Of a stretch of 64,000 nucleotides of DNA, positions 49,068 through 61,622 are shown in pieces. The stretch is from Pseudogymnoascus verrucosus (taxonomy: Eukaryota), in NCBI GenBank assembly GCA_001662655.1, contig KV460235.1; one strand, written 5' to 3'. The notes below the pieces were generated by a model. That model was not told the DNA's origin, did not search any database, and saw nothing but the letters and a program-made list of their open reading frames with translations. The stretch's first letter is position 1; each line of letters opens with the position of its first letter. The position numbers and the translations under genes were made by a program.

Positions 49068-51261
49068 CTACAGCAGCCCCACATCCCCAAACCTCTCGCT
49101 TCCCCTCTTCACATATCGTAGAGGAATACTGGTCCCCGACAACAATCTCAGAGTGATAATAATATCGGCTTTCCGAATGGTCTCCTCTGCTTTCCTCACT
49201 GCTTTGGAATATAAGTCTCTCTTCTGCCCCTTCGTCATGTGCTCAACCTCCTCATCGCTCGCCCACTCTCGCACGTCCAGCTCCACAGAGTACTCCTGGA
49301 ATACCGCGGCTAGTACGGCGGTTATCTCGACCTGTGCGAATCGGCGCCCAGGACATCCGCGCGGGCCCTCTGAGAATGGGATGAAGGCGCCCTTGGCCGG
49401 CCGGAATAGTGCAGATGAGTTATCGTAACTCACGCTCTCTAGTTCATCAGGTTGGTCAGATTCCCTGTTCACACCCAGGGGTGCGCGGTGTGTGGGACCC
49501 TTGGCTGTCTCGCTCTCCGTGGCATCCCTGTGGTACTCGGAGTCAAGCAACCACCGCTCAGGTACGAAGTCGTTTAGATCGTGAGTCTTCCCTGTAAGCT
49601 TCGACGGCCGATGTGGGTAATTCTTAGGGTCACGGCCGGTCCCCACAGCGTCCATGTGCATGAACGTGCCAGGGGGGACCCGCAGAGCTTCCCCATTTAC
49701 AGTAACAGTTTGCATTGTGCCTCCCTTCTCCTTAGACAGCGTATGCTTCGGTATGGACACCACAGGCGGCATCAGCCGCATTGCCTCGTTTTGCGTAGCG
49801 CCGACCATAGAATTGAAAAGACGATTCATCGTCTCGGCATATGTCCAGGTGTCGGGGTCTGATTTGCCAACAATATGGTCTATGTCGGCGTGAAGTAAGC
49901 GCTGCGAGTCGCGGTTCATGGCGAGGAAGACCATGGAGAAATGCAGTATGTTGGCAGACGTCTCGTGGCCTGCGAAGAGGACAACGAAGGCGTTGCCGGT
50001 GATTTCGGAGAGAGAGAGGGAACCAATTTTCTCAGCGGCAGGCTTCTCGTCGAAGCCGGGGGAGGTATTTAGGGCGGAGACGAGGGGTTCTGTTCTGGTT
50101 AGTTTGTGTAAATAGGTAAGGGGATCTAGATGACCCACTCAGGACATCCATCGTGTGGGTGTCTGTCTCGCCGGTCTCTAGTCGTTTGAATTTATACTCT
50201 ACAAGCTCGATAAAATAATCACTGAGCTCGAGGAATGACGCGTAAATTTCCTGGGTTATTTTCATTGGGAGAATCTCTATGGATGGTTAGAATTCCGAAA
50301 CTACACCATAAACTCCATGGGGAGAGAGGAGACAAACTGATAAGCCACATCGGCAGCACGGCAACCCATAAGAAACAATCCTGGAACAAATCCACCGTAT
50401 ACTTAAATGGCAACTTGTGATTCGCATTCAACTTCTTCGTGTTGAACCCTGGCACCGTCCGCGTCCCCAAGACACTCTCATCCTCTCCTGGCCATGTCTG
50501 CGGCACACCAAACGCTGCACCGCAAATCACGTGAAGGGCCAACATCGCCATGTGCGGCGCGACATCTCGCACTGTCAAATCGATCTGTGAGTTGCCATCC
50601 ATTGTGGCGAGGTAGCTGAATAGTCCCCGCGCCTGGCGCACGGACTCCTCGAAGACGAGCGCGTTGCTCTTCTCGTTGAAGGATGGCCCGACTATGCGGC
50701 GGTGGCGCTTCCACTCCTCCCCTTCGCTCGAGAGCATGTTCTTGCCGTAGACCTCGACGACATGGTACAGGTGGATGGGTTTGAGGAAATCGGACTTCCG
50801 CGCTGTGATGGCGGCGTTGAATTCGGCCGAGCGGCTGCTAATGTACATCCCATACGGACTAACAACGAGAAAGACGGGAGCAAGCTGCGTTGCCGTCTCG
50901 TCTTGGAAGTGCCATTGGAAGTATGTATAGGCGATCCTGTGCGTGTTAATAGTGGGCTGGTACGTGGTAGGATTGGGGAAGGCGCACTTGGTGGTGATGC
51001 GATTTTTGGCGCCGGGAATCATCTCATACAGAGGGAGGGCAATCTTCTGAAATGCAGTCCAGAAGTTACCAATGTGATTGAATGCTATGAGAATTAGCAT
51101 AATGTCTCGTACATTGGGGGGAGGAGCTCACGGAGCACTACATAGGGAATGTTGGTCGTCTTCGCGATCGCGATTTGCCTTCTCAGGGCCAAGTACCGCT
51201 GCACGCAGCTATAGGCCACAATGGCCACTATGGCGAGAGCAATTGGTAGAGCGCGAGACAT
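49068..51261 (-). CDS. Cytochrome P450, multi-exon
   Basis: N-terminal anchor MSRALPIALAIVAIVAY, I-helix FAGHETSA, ExxR (EAMR), PERW and heme motif FSEGPRGCPG. Confidence 0.95.
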
Positions 51262-52233
51262 TATTGCTCTGGGATTTCGCTCTGGCAGCTTCAAGGGGGT
51301 TTCTAACAGAACAGGGAGAACAGAGTCGCGATAAGTTCTGGTGTGTGTTGAGGTGCAATGCTTGTAATCCGTCAGCTTACGGGACAGGGGTGTTAGTTCG
51401 AGTTCCTTGCTTGCAGATCAACAAATAATCTTCGCTATAATTCAATATCTCACACAAATAGTGACCCTCTCAAGCGTAAATACCTATGATCGGAGATGTC
51501 TATCTACATATATTTGGGTTCTTAGGTACCGATTTTATGACATCGGGGTTACAGGAGAGATGTTGGGAAACTTTGGGTGGATTTAGTAGATATGATAGTA
51601 TCGGGGAATGAATCATCGCTTTCTCCTGCCGAGCCATCTTTCTACACTGCGTGTGTATGTGTATGAAAATGCGAATAGTATAATTGTAATTGTAATTGGA
51701 GTATAAAAATGAACATTGTGTGCATATACAGTCATGAGAATGACAAGTCATATATTCCCGTCGCTTATACTAAACTCGTGAATGCCATAGTGTAGTGTAG
51801 GTATATGCTGTTAATTAGAGGTAAATCTTCGTGCCCTCCTATCGACCCTGAACGCCTCGCGGAAATCTTTATTTCCTTGGTGAGGATTATATGCGAGTCT
51901 GTAATTAAATTACCTTGCCTAATCTGCCTCTCTGCTCCCACCTCCGTCGACCTGTTTTACAACATGGTCTCGGCCAAGTTTGCTCTCTGCCACTCCCAAG
52001 TGAGCTGCCTCCGGATGGCCTCTACGCTAGGATTTGGTATATGCTGCCGTAGCAACTCATGTGGAGTTCATGATTACTATATCCTGTCTAAACAACGTGA
52101 GTTGAGTCTCTGTAAACTTGGGTGGGGACGGAGATGTCCTCTTTGAACTTATATAATTAGCGTTATCTCACAGAGGCCACCTCCATGCTCTCAATCTATC
52201 GACATTCCAATCATATATTAACACTAACTACAG

Positions 52234-52997
52234 GATACATACCAACTCCCTGAATATATCCCAATGAAACATTTCATCACTCAGAATACTGCTGAGCCGA
52301 TGGGTGTAAAAGAGTGTCGATGGGGTGCGCAAGATACGCAACTGATACTAAAGCACGCGGCTCGTGCAAGGTGTCGAGTTTCTCCATCACCAGATCAGCG
52401 AGAGAAATCTGGAGATGTGTGTTCCGGGGGAAGGCATAGATGCCGCAGTAGCCCAAGGAAAGATTGGAAGGCACGTCTTGAAGGTGACAAAGGAAACGCT
52501 GCAACGAGGGCGCGATGAGGGCAGCCACAGACGAGTCTAGGCAGTTATACTTCCGCTCCTTGCTCACGGACGACATACTGTACTACCTATTTTCGGCGCA
52601 GTTCAGGAGCATCAGCTTCCCGTTCATATTCCATCGAGGAATCCGTCGAATTGCAGCGGAGGAAGCTCTTCGTCGGGATCTCCATATCTTCACCACGTTC
52701 GTTGCAAGGACATTGATATACGATACATATCGTTTATGTCTTCAAATGGACGCAAGGAAACCGACTCTGGTCCGCGATGACTCCCTAATTTCACACGAGG
52801 CAGTTCTTCTCAACTACAAGGCTATGGTAGTCTTCAGCCCGTTAGGACATATGTCGGGGACTCTCGAGACTCTTCCAGCGAATCCGGAGCTATTGCTGAA
52901 GTATCAGGGCTGGAAGCCGAAAGCGCACCCTGGCCATACGCTCCCCCAGTACAGCCCGAATATGGACTTTTCGGACTGGTTGTCATTCAACTACTAG
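52234..52997 (+). pseudogene. Possible frameshifted hypothetical gene remnant
   Basis: A branch site and acceptor (ACTAACTACAG) precede three protein-like segments in different frames, ending in a 160-aa ORF. No recognisable family. Confidence 0.3.
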
Positions 52998-53219
52998 CGG
53001 CAAAACTTTCTCGATATACTTGAGATTCTCGATACATTAGGAGAGTTAGTATCATCATCCACACTCACGCGGAGGAAAAGACCAGCATTGACTTAATGCC
53101 CTTAAGTTTAATTACACTATTCATTATCTATTATTAGATATCCCAATTCATACACCCACGCCTGTGATAAGATATCAATCCCACCCATCCATATCCACAA
53201 AAGCAAAATACAATTCCCT

Positions 53220-55997
53220 TCAAACCCCTACCTTCCCCTCAGCCATCAACTTCCTCAGCCCATCCCTATGGACCCTCCCCGCTCTACCTTCTCTCAAGCT
53301 CCTCTCCGCCCACACCCCCTCCGCAACCCTCTTCCGAATTTCCTCATCCTGCTTCAGTCGCGCCACCCTCATCTTCTCCTCCATCAACTGCCGCCTCCTC
53401 AAATCAATCACCTCCAAATCCCCCATCTCCGGCCTCAACACACCCTTATTCAGGTACCCAAGACTATTCCTGCTCCCCTCATTCCTCGCCATCGCCTCCT
53501 GCTGCTGTGCACTCCCCGGCAGCGACAGCATCGAGCCATACCCCGCCACCGAACCCACGCTAGAGACCCGCGACATCGCGGTTCCAGGGCGCATATGCGG
53601 CGACCAGAGCGGCCCGATCCCGTCCTCTGTCGGGCTGCCCATCAGCGCACCCCCAGGGCCATAGGCTGCGCTCGACGAGGCGCGGTAAGCGCGCGGCGGC
53701 GCAGCGAGAGACTGTATAGAAGTGGAGCGCGAGATGGCGTGCGGGAGGGCGGGATGGCGCATAGAGGTGCGCGTGCTGCTTCGCTTGGGCGACTTGGAGT
53801 GGATGGATACGCCCGCGGACTGGGGACGGATAGGGGACGGGGCGACCGAGCCGGTGGTCGCGGTTTGGGTCAGGGCTGCGGGGTTGACAGGGGCGGGGGA
53901 TTCGGCGAGTTCGATGGAGGGGGAGGGGGATGTTGGGGTGAGGGGTGTGGTGTCCTCGATAGGGAGTGCGGCGGGGGTCTCGGCCAGGGACAGGCGTTTG
54001 GCCCATTCTTGTGTGCGGAATGTTGTTGCGACCTTTGGTGGTGCAGGTGGGAGGAGAGATTTTCGTAGGGAAGGTGGTGGTGAGGGCGGTGCGGTTTCAG
54101 AGGGTGGCATTTCAGAAGGTGGCATTTCAGCTGTTGCCTCTTTTGTCTGGTCGTCGAGAGGCGAATAAGTGGTCTCTCCATCTTCACCAACAATAATCTT
54201 ATCAAGTATCATGCTCGCCCTTGGTGTGCCTGTTGGTAGACTCCTGAGGTCGTCGTAGTCGGCCTCTGAATCGAGATAATCGAGCGTAGCTGCAATACTG
54301 GATGAGCGATCCCAGTCATCCATGTTGTCTGTCAGTCTGTGCTTCGATGGCGATTTGGATAGGCGGTGTTGCGAAGTCGATGTGTTATGTGATAACCTAT
54401 GCAGTATCTTTGAGCTGGAAGAGAGGTGCTTCTGTGACGCCAAAGAGCTGCTGGACAGCCTATTCAAAATCTTCGATCCTGTGGAGAGGCGTTGAGAATT
54501 GCGACGTGAAACAGATTCTTCGTCTGTCGGTGACTGCGGGTCGAGAGATTGGGATTTGCGGTTTGATATAGAGGTCTGCCTCGAGACAGATCCCTCGAGG
54601 GCAGCAAGGGCTTCTTCATCACGCGATATACGCCTGGCTGGGTTACTCTCATGCACGCCAGGTGTCAGACCTCCAACGTCCATTGTGCTGCCATCTGTGC
54701 GACTGATACTACCCTCAGTTGGGCTTGGCAGATCCGACATCTCGATTCCATCCATCTGGACGGTTATCTGTGGCGTAGTCTGCCCTTTCCCGCTCATGGT
54801 ACCAATCCCGGAATCCACGGAGAGGTAAGTTTTCGTATCATTATTGCCATCACCATAGACAGCTTCCCATTGCTGCCTCGTGCGGGTATTCTCCCACTCC
54901 ACTCGTCTCCCAACCATCTCCTCTTCCCTGTCCAAACTCTTCCTCTTCTCGGCCTTTGCCGCCGCCCTGCGGTCCCTACGCTTTTTGATGAACTTCCACA
55001 GCTTCATCTGCGTCAATATCCCTACTGCGGTGATCATGATGACTCCGGCAATCTCAACTTTAATGCCGCGTGTTACGGGGTATGTGTTGGTATCCAAGGG
55101 AAAGACGTTATCATTCAATCTCCAAATGTAGACCCAAAACTCCTTCAAACCAGCACGCGAGAAGCAGTCGATACCTAGAATGATAACAGTAGCACCGCCA
55201 AATGCAAGAGACGCTATGAGGCCGTAGGGCTTGGTGAAGGGGATATATGCCGTGGACCAAATCGCAGCACTAAAAGCGACAATAAAAATGGTGATTGAGG
55301 TTGTAGAAGTAAGCAGGCCGCCGGGCTTGAGGACTAATAGCCACATTGAGAGGCAGAATCCGCCAAGAAGGCATCCGAAGCCTTCCGTCAAATCGGGAAA
55401 GAACATAGCGCCCGCACCGAATACTATACCGGTTGCAGTGATGGCGACAAGATAAGCGCCTTGAGTAGCGTCAGGAACGGCAGGATTCATGACGTAGAGG
55501 ATCAAGACTGTAACTGATAGGCTGCCCAGATATGCGGCAGAGAGGAAAACGTATATCAGCCTATGCTGTATGCCGACGAATGCAAATACAGTGCCGCTTA
55601 TAATGAGAAGCGCTCCTCCAACGCCGAATGCGGGCGTTATTCGAGGCTGGAGGGGAAGTGGATCGGGAGCCGCCGTCTTATAGTCTGATGTTCGAATGGC
55701 GTCCGCGGCGCTCGTAGCTGCGGGAGCGGATGTAGTCGTCCGCGAACGTGTTGAGGTTTTAGTGGTGGAAGTGCTAGAGCTCATCGATGTCTCTAAAGAC
55801 AGTGAGGTCATTGAAGCTTCGCTTTTGGTGGTGCTAGGTTCCGCAGTGGCCGTGGCTAGATCCGGTAGGTCTGAAGGACCCGTGTCTCGCCCTGATAGAC
55901 CATCCTCTCGGCGTGGTATGGTGGTGTGGGCGCTGATTAGACCAAAGTAGAGGCCGTATAAAACAATGACGCAGAGTAATGAGCGGAAGGAAGCCAT
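53220..55997 (-). CDS. DUF4203/TMEM198-like multi-pass membrane protein with long disordered C-terminus
   Basis: Signal peptide, S/T stalk, LPLQPRITPAFGVGG, GCLLGGFCLSMWLL, GIDCFSRAGLKEFW and RGIKVE. Confidence 0.9.
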   Translation of the reverse strand: MASFRSLLCVIVLYGLYFGLISAHTTIPRREDGLSGRDTGPSDLPDLATATAEPSTTKSEASMTSLSLETSMSSSTSTTKTSTRSRTTTSAPAATSAADAIRTSDYKTAAPDPLPLQPRITPAFGVGGALLIISGTVFAFVGIQHRLIYVFLSAAYLGSLSVTVLILYVMNPAVPDATQGAYLVAITATGIVFGAGAMFFPDLTEGFGCLLGGFCLSMWLLVLKPGGLLTSTTSITIFIVAFSAAIWSTAYIPFTKPYGLIASLAFGGATVIILGIDCFSRAGLKEFWVYIWRLNDNVFPLDTNTYPVTRGIKVEIAGVIMITAVGILTQMKLWKFIKKRRDRRAAAKAEKRKSLDREEEMVGRRVEWENTRTRQQWEAVYGDGNNDTKTYLSVDSGIGTMSGKGQTTPQITVQMDGIEMSDLPSPTEGSISRTDGSTMDVGGLTPGVHESNPARRISRDEEALAALEGSVSRQTSISNRKSQSLDPQSPTDEESVSRRNSQRLSTGSKILNRLSSSSLASQKHLSSSSKILHRLSHNTSTSQHRLSKSPSKHRLTDNMDDWDRSSSIAATLDYLDSEADYDDLRSLPTGTPRASMILDKIIVGEDGETTYSPLDDQTKEATAEMPPSEMPPSETAPPSPPPSLRKSLLPPAPPKVATTFRTQEWAKRLSLAETPAALPIEDTTPLTPTSPSPSIELAESPAPVNPAALTQTATTGSVAPSPIRPQSAGVSIHSKSPKRSSTRTSMRHPALPHAISRSTSIQSLAAPPRAYRASSSAAYGPGGALMGSPTEDGIGPLWSPHMRPGTAMSRVSSVGSVAGYGSMLSLPGSAQQQEAMARNEGSRNSLGYLNKGVLRPEMGDLEVIDLRRRQLMEEKMRVARLKQDEEIRKRVAEGVWAERSLREGRAGRVHRDGLRKLMAEGKVGV

Positions 55998-58184
55998 AAT
56001 GGCGACTAGTTGGAACCTCTATCGAAAGAGTGATGAAGGAGGAGCCAAAATAAAAGAGTGTATTACCGAACGAAGGTCGACATATAAGGGTGTACGTCAG
56101 AGACGACGAACAAACAGGTGTCTGGGGTGTGCGCTCTGGATAAGGAAAGTGAGAAAAGCGCTCAACAGGAGACGCAGGAGTGCATGGTGTCTCTCCTCTG
56201 CAATCCCTTGACCCCGACGAATATGACAAGAAGAAGATACCGCACACGGAAGCACTGAAACGAGTGACAGAATCAACACGTCAGAAAGACGCGAAGAAGA
56301 AGTTGACAAACCTTGGGGAGGACATTGGAAGTAGTCCAGTAGCAAGCAAGGTACTGCGGCGGGAATGCTCGGGCCACCACCCGATTCATTAGGAGTTCCA
56401 TGGTGGGGGGAGGGGCCAAATTCGATCAAAAACCGATCGCAGGATATGACAATGCTTGGTTTGACGCAGAGTTTGATCTGCTTTCAGGCACGCAGGGATG
56501 CTTGAATGAGCCCTGTAGCGGTGCCGTGGTGGGCTGGATGGGACTGGATGGGGCGCTTGGTGCCAAGTAGAGCAGGCTAGTACTCTAAGTCTAGGACAGG
56601 GCAGTGGAGCACATCAGCCATGCGAAAATCGGCGATAGACTGGTGTAGAGTACTCTAACTCTACTTCAGTCAGCCGGCACAATCGGCATGCCGGAAGCGT
56701 GTTGAGAGTGTCGAGAAGGGAGAGGAGTTGGGGTTGAGGGTTGATATTGAGACGCGGATCCATTGGATGTCGTGCTTGCCTTGAGGGATACTGCCGTGCA
56801 CAGTTTTGTCATGGTAATTGCCTGTATAGCAGCAGTGATCTGGGGGTACACAGCGGCAATGGGGGAGTGGTGGTGAGACAACAGCACCGAGTATGTGAGA
56901 CAGCAGCAAGACACGCATTTTTCTTCAGCTCCACTGACTTTGGAAAGTACACACAAGTATACAGTATGTGGTCTGTTTCTCTCCCCTCCCTGCCTCCTGC
57001 CTCCGGGATCAAGAAAGAACATCCGGATCAGCGCTAGGAAGAGCGGCGGCAGGAATGGGCCAGGAACCAATATTGCGTGGCCTCCTCCTCCCCGTGCGTG
57101 CTCTAGTGCCATGGAGTGCTCTAGCCGTCCATGACATATGGCATATTAAGTCCATATTAAGGTGATTCTTGAGCGTGAGTGGCCAGGCGTAGGGAAGGCG
57201 TCACAGGGGGGGCGGTAAGGTAGAGCAAGGGAGGGGGAGGAAAGTGGCACGGGTGGGAAGGAAATGGCAAGGAAAATCGGAGGAAAATAGGAAATGACAG
57301 GGAGAGTATGGCAAGGGAGTGGGAACGTGGATATCCTAGCGATGATTTGTCCAAATGCAGGTATAAGGAGAGGAAGCTAAGGTGGGGGTTACTGTACTAA
57401 AGTGAGATATTGTGCAGCTACTGGAGTGCTAATGTACAGCTAAGCACATCTAAAGGCTAAAGGGGCTAAAGGGAGGAGCAAGCGAAATGAGGTGCACAGA
57501 GGATTTGATAATGTTACAGTGTTGTTCCAGTGCTGTACATGTACAGCCAACAACTAGGAACGCGACAAGGAATAGGAACAACTAGGAACAACTTCCTATG
57601 AAGTAGTTGTTGGCTTCCTTGGCAGCCGCGACCAACAACAACACGGCGGGCGTTCAGCACCGCGTTCAACACCGCGCGTCGTGGCGTCGTGCACGCCAAC
57701 ATCACGCTCCATCACACTTTCCATCTTCCATCACACTCCGCCACGCTCTGGTCCAACCAACTTTCCAAGCGGCTGGAAATGAGAATGGGAAGGAGCCAGT
57801 ACAGAGAATGCAGAAGAGCACTCTCTTCTCTTTCCTCTCTCCTCTCTCCTCCACGCCCCACCGTTCATTCCGATAATTCAAATCTCGGGGACTTGTGATC
57901 ACCCCGAAAAAAAATCCGCTGAATGTTCCATAAATGTTCCAGCCAGAGACAGCCAAGCCATCATTTTCGTGCATTCATACTTTTCATGCCTTTCGTAGGG
58001 GAGATACATATGCAAAGGCAAACTATTACAGAGTACCGCCGTGGAGAAAGAGCGAATAGGGGCTGAATGCGGACACATACTGCTCTCAGCCTTGTCTCCC
58101 AGCCTCGTCCCTAATCTAATCTTAAAAATCGACTAGCCCCATTCCCAACCACCCACTTTCTTAAACTCACCCACTTCCCCCAAT

Positions 58185-58390
58185 GTCTCACGTGACCCCT
58201 CCCAATCTCCTTCTCCGTCCACTAAGCGACCATCCTTACTCCTACCTACCCGTCTCCGTCCACGTGACCCTCCCAATCTCCGTTCACCGACGTTCACCCG
58301 ACGGATCAGCCATCTCCGTCTCACGTGACCTCCTCTCCACAGCCCATCGTCCCAATCGAGACGAGACGCGCGCGAAGCCCCAAAACGCGC
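58185..58390 (+). promoter_or_regulatory. RIM1 promoter with three CACGTGAC E-boxes (two followed by CCCAATCTCC) and ACGCG sites
   Basis: CACGTGAC at 58189, 58261 and 58322; ACGCG at 58366 and ~58385. Confidence 0.6.
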
Positions 58391-58479
58391 CTGAGCTCAT
58401 CTCACCCTGACAACACCAACCCATCAACCACCGCCGCAAATCAACCCACCACCACCATCTCCACCACCTACACGCAAAC

Positions 58480-58947
58480 ATGTTCTCCCGCACCATTCTC
58501 CGCGCCCCGCGCGCCTTTGCCACCACCCCCCTCCGCGCCTTCAGCACCACCCCCGCCCGCCCCCTCGCCAAGCTGCAGCTCATCGGCCACCTGGCCGGCG
58601 CGCCGGAGCTGACAGCCACCTCGACCGGCAGCGAGATCGTCAAGTACAGCCTGGCGACGAGCAGCGGCCCCAGGGACAACAGGCAGACGAGCTGGTGGAA
58701 CGTGGCTGCCTTCATTGAGGCGGGGCCCAGGAGGGACTTTTTGTTGGCGCTGGATAAGGGGACGCTGGTTTATGTGGAGGGCGACGCGAGGATGGATCAG
58801 TATACCGATGCTGAGGGGAAGGAGAGGAGGGCGTTGAATGTTGTGCATCGTGAGTTACTCTGGGTGTGTGGCGGGTAACAGGAGGGTTACTGACGTGATG
58901 TAGGCTCTGTGGAGATCCTTAAGAGACCGACTTCGAGCGAGGAGTAG
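58480..58947 (+). CDS. RIM1: Mitochondrial single-stranded DNA-binding protein (intron 58850-58903)
   Basis: Arg/Ala-rich presequence MFSRTILRAPRAFATTPLRAFSTT, then AKLQLIGHLAGAPEL, YSLATSSGPRDNRQTSWWNVAAF and KGTLVYVEGD (SSB OB fold). Confidence 0.93.
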
Positions 58948-60923
58948 ATGGTTGAGACGATTAGGAAGAGGGCAGGATGACATGGATGCGCGGGAGATCT
59001 CCCCTCTAGGATTTTCGAACGAGGAAATGGCGAACAGCGAGTGCGGAATATAATGCATCTCGACACCCCCGGCTCGGTATAGAGAGGGATGAGTAGATGG
59101 ATAAACACGGGAGCGGCGGCAGCATTTCCTTACATGTATGATATAAGGTATGGACGAGTCTCGGCGCGGGAGTATGTATAAGGAATACCTACCAATCAGA
59201 AAACTTTCATTGCATTCTACCTTCTACCTTCTACCTTGGCCACGCAACCTCATTTCACAACGCGCGCAGCTCTAATTGCATTTTTTTTGGTGGAAAACAT
59301 CCTTTCATTGACTCTGGTCCTCTAATACACATTATAGGACTAATAATACAATCTTGACCAGAGCGGAGGATTCCAATTTTCTGCGCAGTTTTTGCATCCC
59401 ATTTGTAATGACAGTGCGTTTCCTTTACGTATTATTCCCTCGTGCTCATTACCTCTTGTCAATTCCACCGTTGCTATCGCAGTACATGCACGCAAGACAT
59501 TTCCGGGTCGATGTTGAAGTCGAAATCATCCCAAATCATTGGGAGATGTCCCAAGAGAAAACACAAACGCTGAACCATTCCTAGCTAAGAAGCTTGATTG
59601 GTTGATAGGGAGTGTTCAAAGATTCCCGAAAAGAACATCCAAATGCTGTACCATCTTCAGCCAAGAAAGTCCTAACTGATTGGGTGGCTAAACCCAAACG
59701 CTGAACCATTTCCAGCCAAAAAGTTTTGACTGGTTGGTTGGCTGGGGTGGGTGAGAGTCTACGGAAAGAGACAATCCCCAAGATTGACACGAAGAATTTG
59801 ATGAGCTCGCCGTCCTCATTCAGCCCGAAAATTTTCAAAATAAAATCCCAAGTCGATGTTGATGTCGAGTCATCCCCGAGAGGGAGACGTCGTGGGAAAT
59901 CCGAACGCCAGAAGTTCTTAAAAACAAACCAAGAGAAAAAATGCAAACACAGAATCATCCAAGATATCCAGAAGAAATGCAAATGCTGAATCAGTCCCAG
60001 CCCAGAAGTTTCTAGCTGGTTAGTCGGAGGCCAAGAGAGTTTGCTGAGGTGTTTCTGGAACTTGACAAGGATAGGAGAAGTAAGGAAAGTGATGAGCTTT
60101 TCCTCCTCTTCACTCCTCTTCAGTCGAACCGTTTCCATCCTTCCAATTAACTATACTTATTCCAAAAGTATATCCGGGTTATTCGTATTAATACCTATCG
60201 TCGGGCTTCGATTTTTTTGGGGCGTTGTCGAAGTTGTCGAAGTTGTCGATGCGATTTCGTTCGTTTCCAGTTTCAAATTCTGCCAATGCTGCTGATGCCG
60301 TTCATGGCATGGCCTGAGTATGGATCGGTGACGCACAAGCTGCTGCTTCCAGTGTACAAAGGCGGGTTGGCGTGTGCGTTTGCCAATGTCCACAAGAGGT
60401 AGGGGTATTTTTTTCTTTTTTTCTTTTTTTCTTTTTTTCTTTTTGGAGTGTGAATTTGTTAGTTTGCAAAATGCAAAGGAAAATGAATGCGTTGCGTTCG
60501 TCCAAAGCCAAGAAACAATTTGTTTTCAAACGAGCAAGTTGGTTTCAAGAAGCAATACAGGTTGTGTTATCCAAAGTACAGGACGCAAATATTTTGGCGA
60601 TTGTTTGGTAGTTTTCCGAGTTTTTTTTCTTTTTCGAGGTTAGAGTTTGTTAGATTTCAAAATGCAATTCCGCAGTACGTTTCCCAATATCCGAGCAGCA
60701 AGTTTTTTAAGAGGCGTATTAGTTTGCAAGATGCAGTTAGATGTTGTCGGCGTCGTCCAGTGGCAGTCGCTCGCGTGGTTGTCGAAGTTGGGCCGGCGTT
60801 ATTTTCTCCAGTTGCCAATCCGCTCTCCTAAGGGCTTCGTGGCACACCATCCATCTCTCAGTCGGCCGATATATAGAAACAAAGCCGAACACAACGCCGC
60901 AACTCCTCTACCCATCTGTCGAA

Positions 60924-61622
60924 TCATAAATTATTTCTTGCCGCCCGTCTCCGCCTGGCCTCCCTTGTACCCCCGCCAGTGCCAAATCTGCGCGGCATTT
61001 TTTCATGATCCGGTAATCCCCAGCTCGTCAGCGCCCATTTCGATTTCCGGAGGGGTTAAAACAGCAACGTACAGCAAGACAGTTCCTTACGCACGCTCTG
61101 GGGCGCGAGCTCTACCTTCAGGTCGGCAATTATAGCCTTGCAGATCTCACGCGACGTCATTGGTTCGCCCCGTTGTGCCAAAACCTCCTCGATATACGTC
61201 CTCGTCACCTTTTTAGCTTTCACCGGGGAGCTTCCACGTTGCGCGAGGTGCTCCGGTGATGGTTTGCTCATAGATGCAGCCATCGCGAGGTGATCTGGTC
61301 CAGAAAGAGGAACATCAGGCGAACTCATCGAGCCTGTCGATGAAGGCGGTCTCACGTCGGGGAGCGGTGCTCGCCCGAATGTTGGTCCCGGTGATGAAGA
61401 CTGCGAAGACGGCGCGATGGGGAAGCCAATGACTTTCGGATGCCCAGCGAACCTGGACCCATGTTCAGACTCTGGGGTTACTTCTTGGTTTAAAACGTAA
61501 CCGATATCCATTTTGCTTGGCCTCGATGCCAATCCAGAGGTGCCGGAGGTATCAGTGGCTAGCGGCGCGAGACGAACGGAGGGCCACTGGTCCGGGCGAG
61601 AATGTTTTGAAACCACGGCCAT
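60924..61622 (-). pseudogene. HARE-HTH/RpoE-delta-like winged-helix protein interrupted by an in-frame TAA at 61056-61058
   Basis: YIEEVLAQRGEPMTSREICKAI...SVRKELS..TLLF*PLRKSKWALTSWGL; the frame continues 43 codons past the stop to a basic tail. Confidence 0.6.

Noticed and set aside
44527..51261. P450 and histidine kinase as a secondary-metabolite cluster
   Set aside because: No PKS, NRPS or terpene synthase backbone gene in the window.
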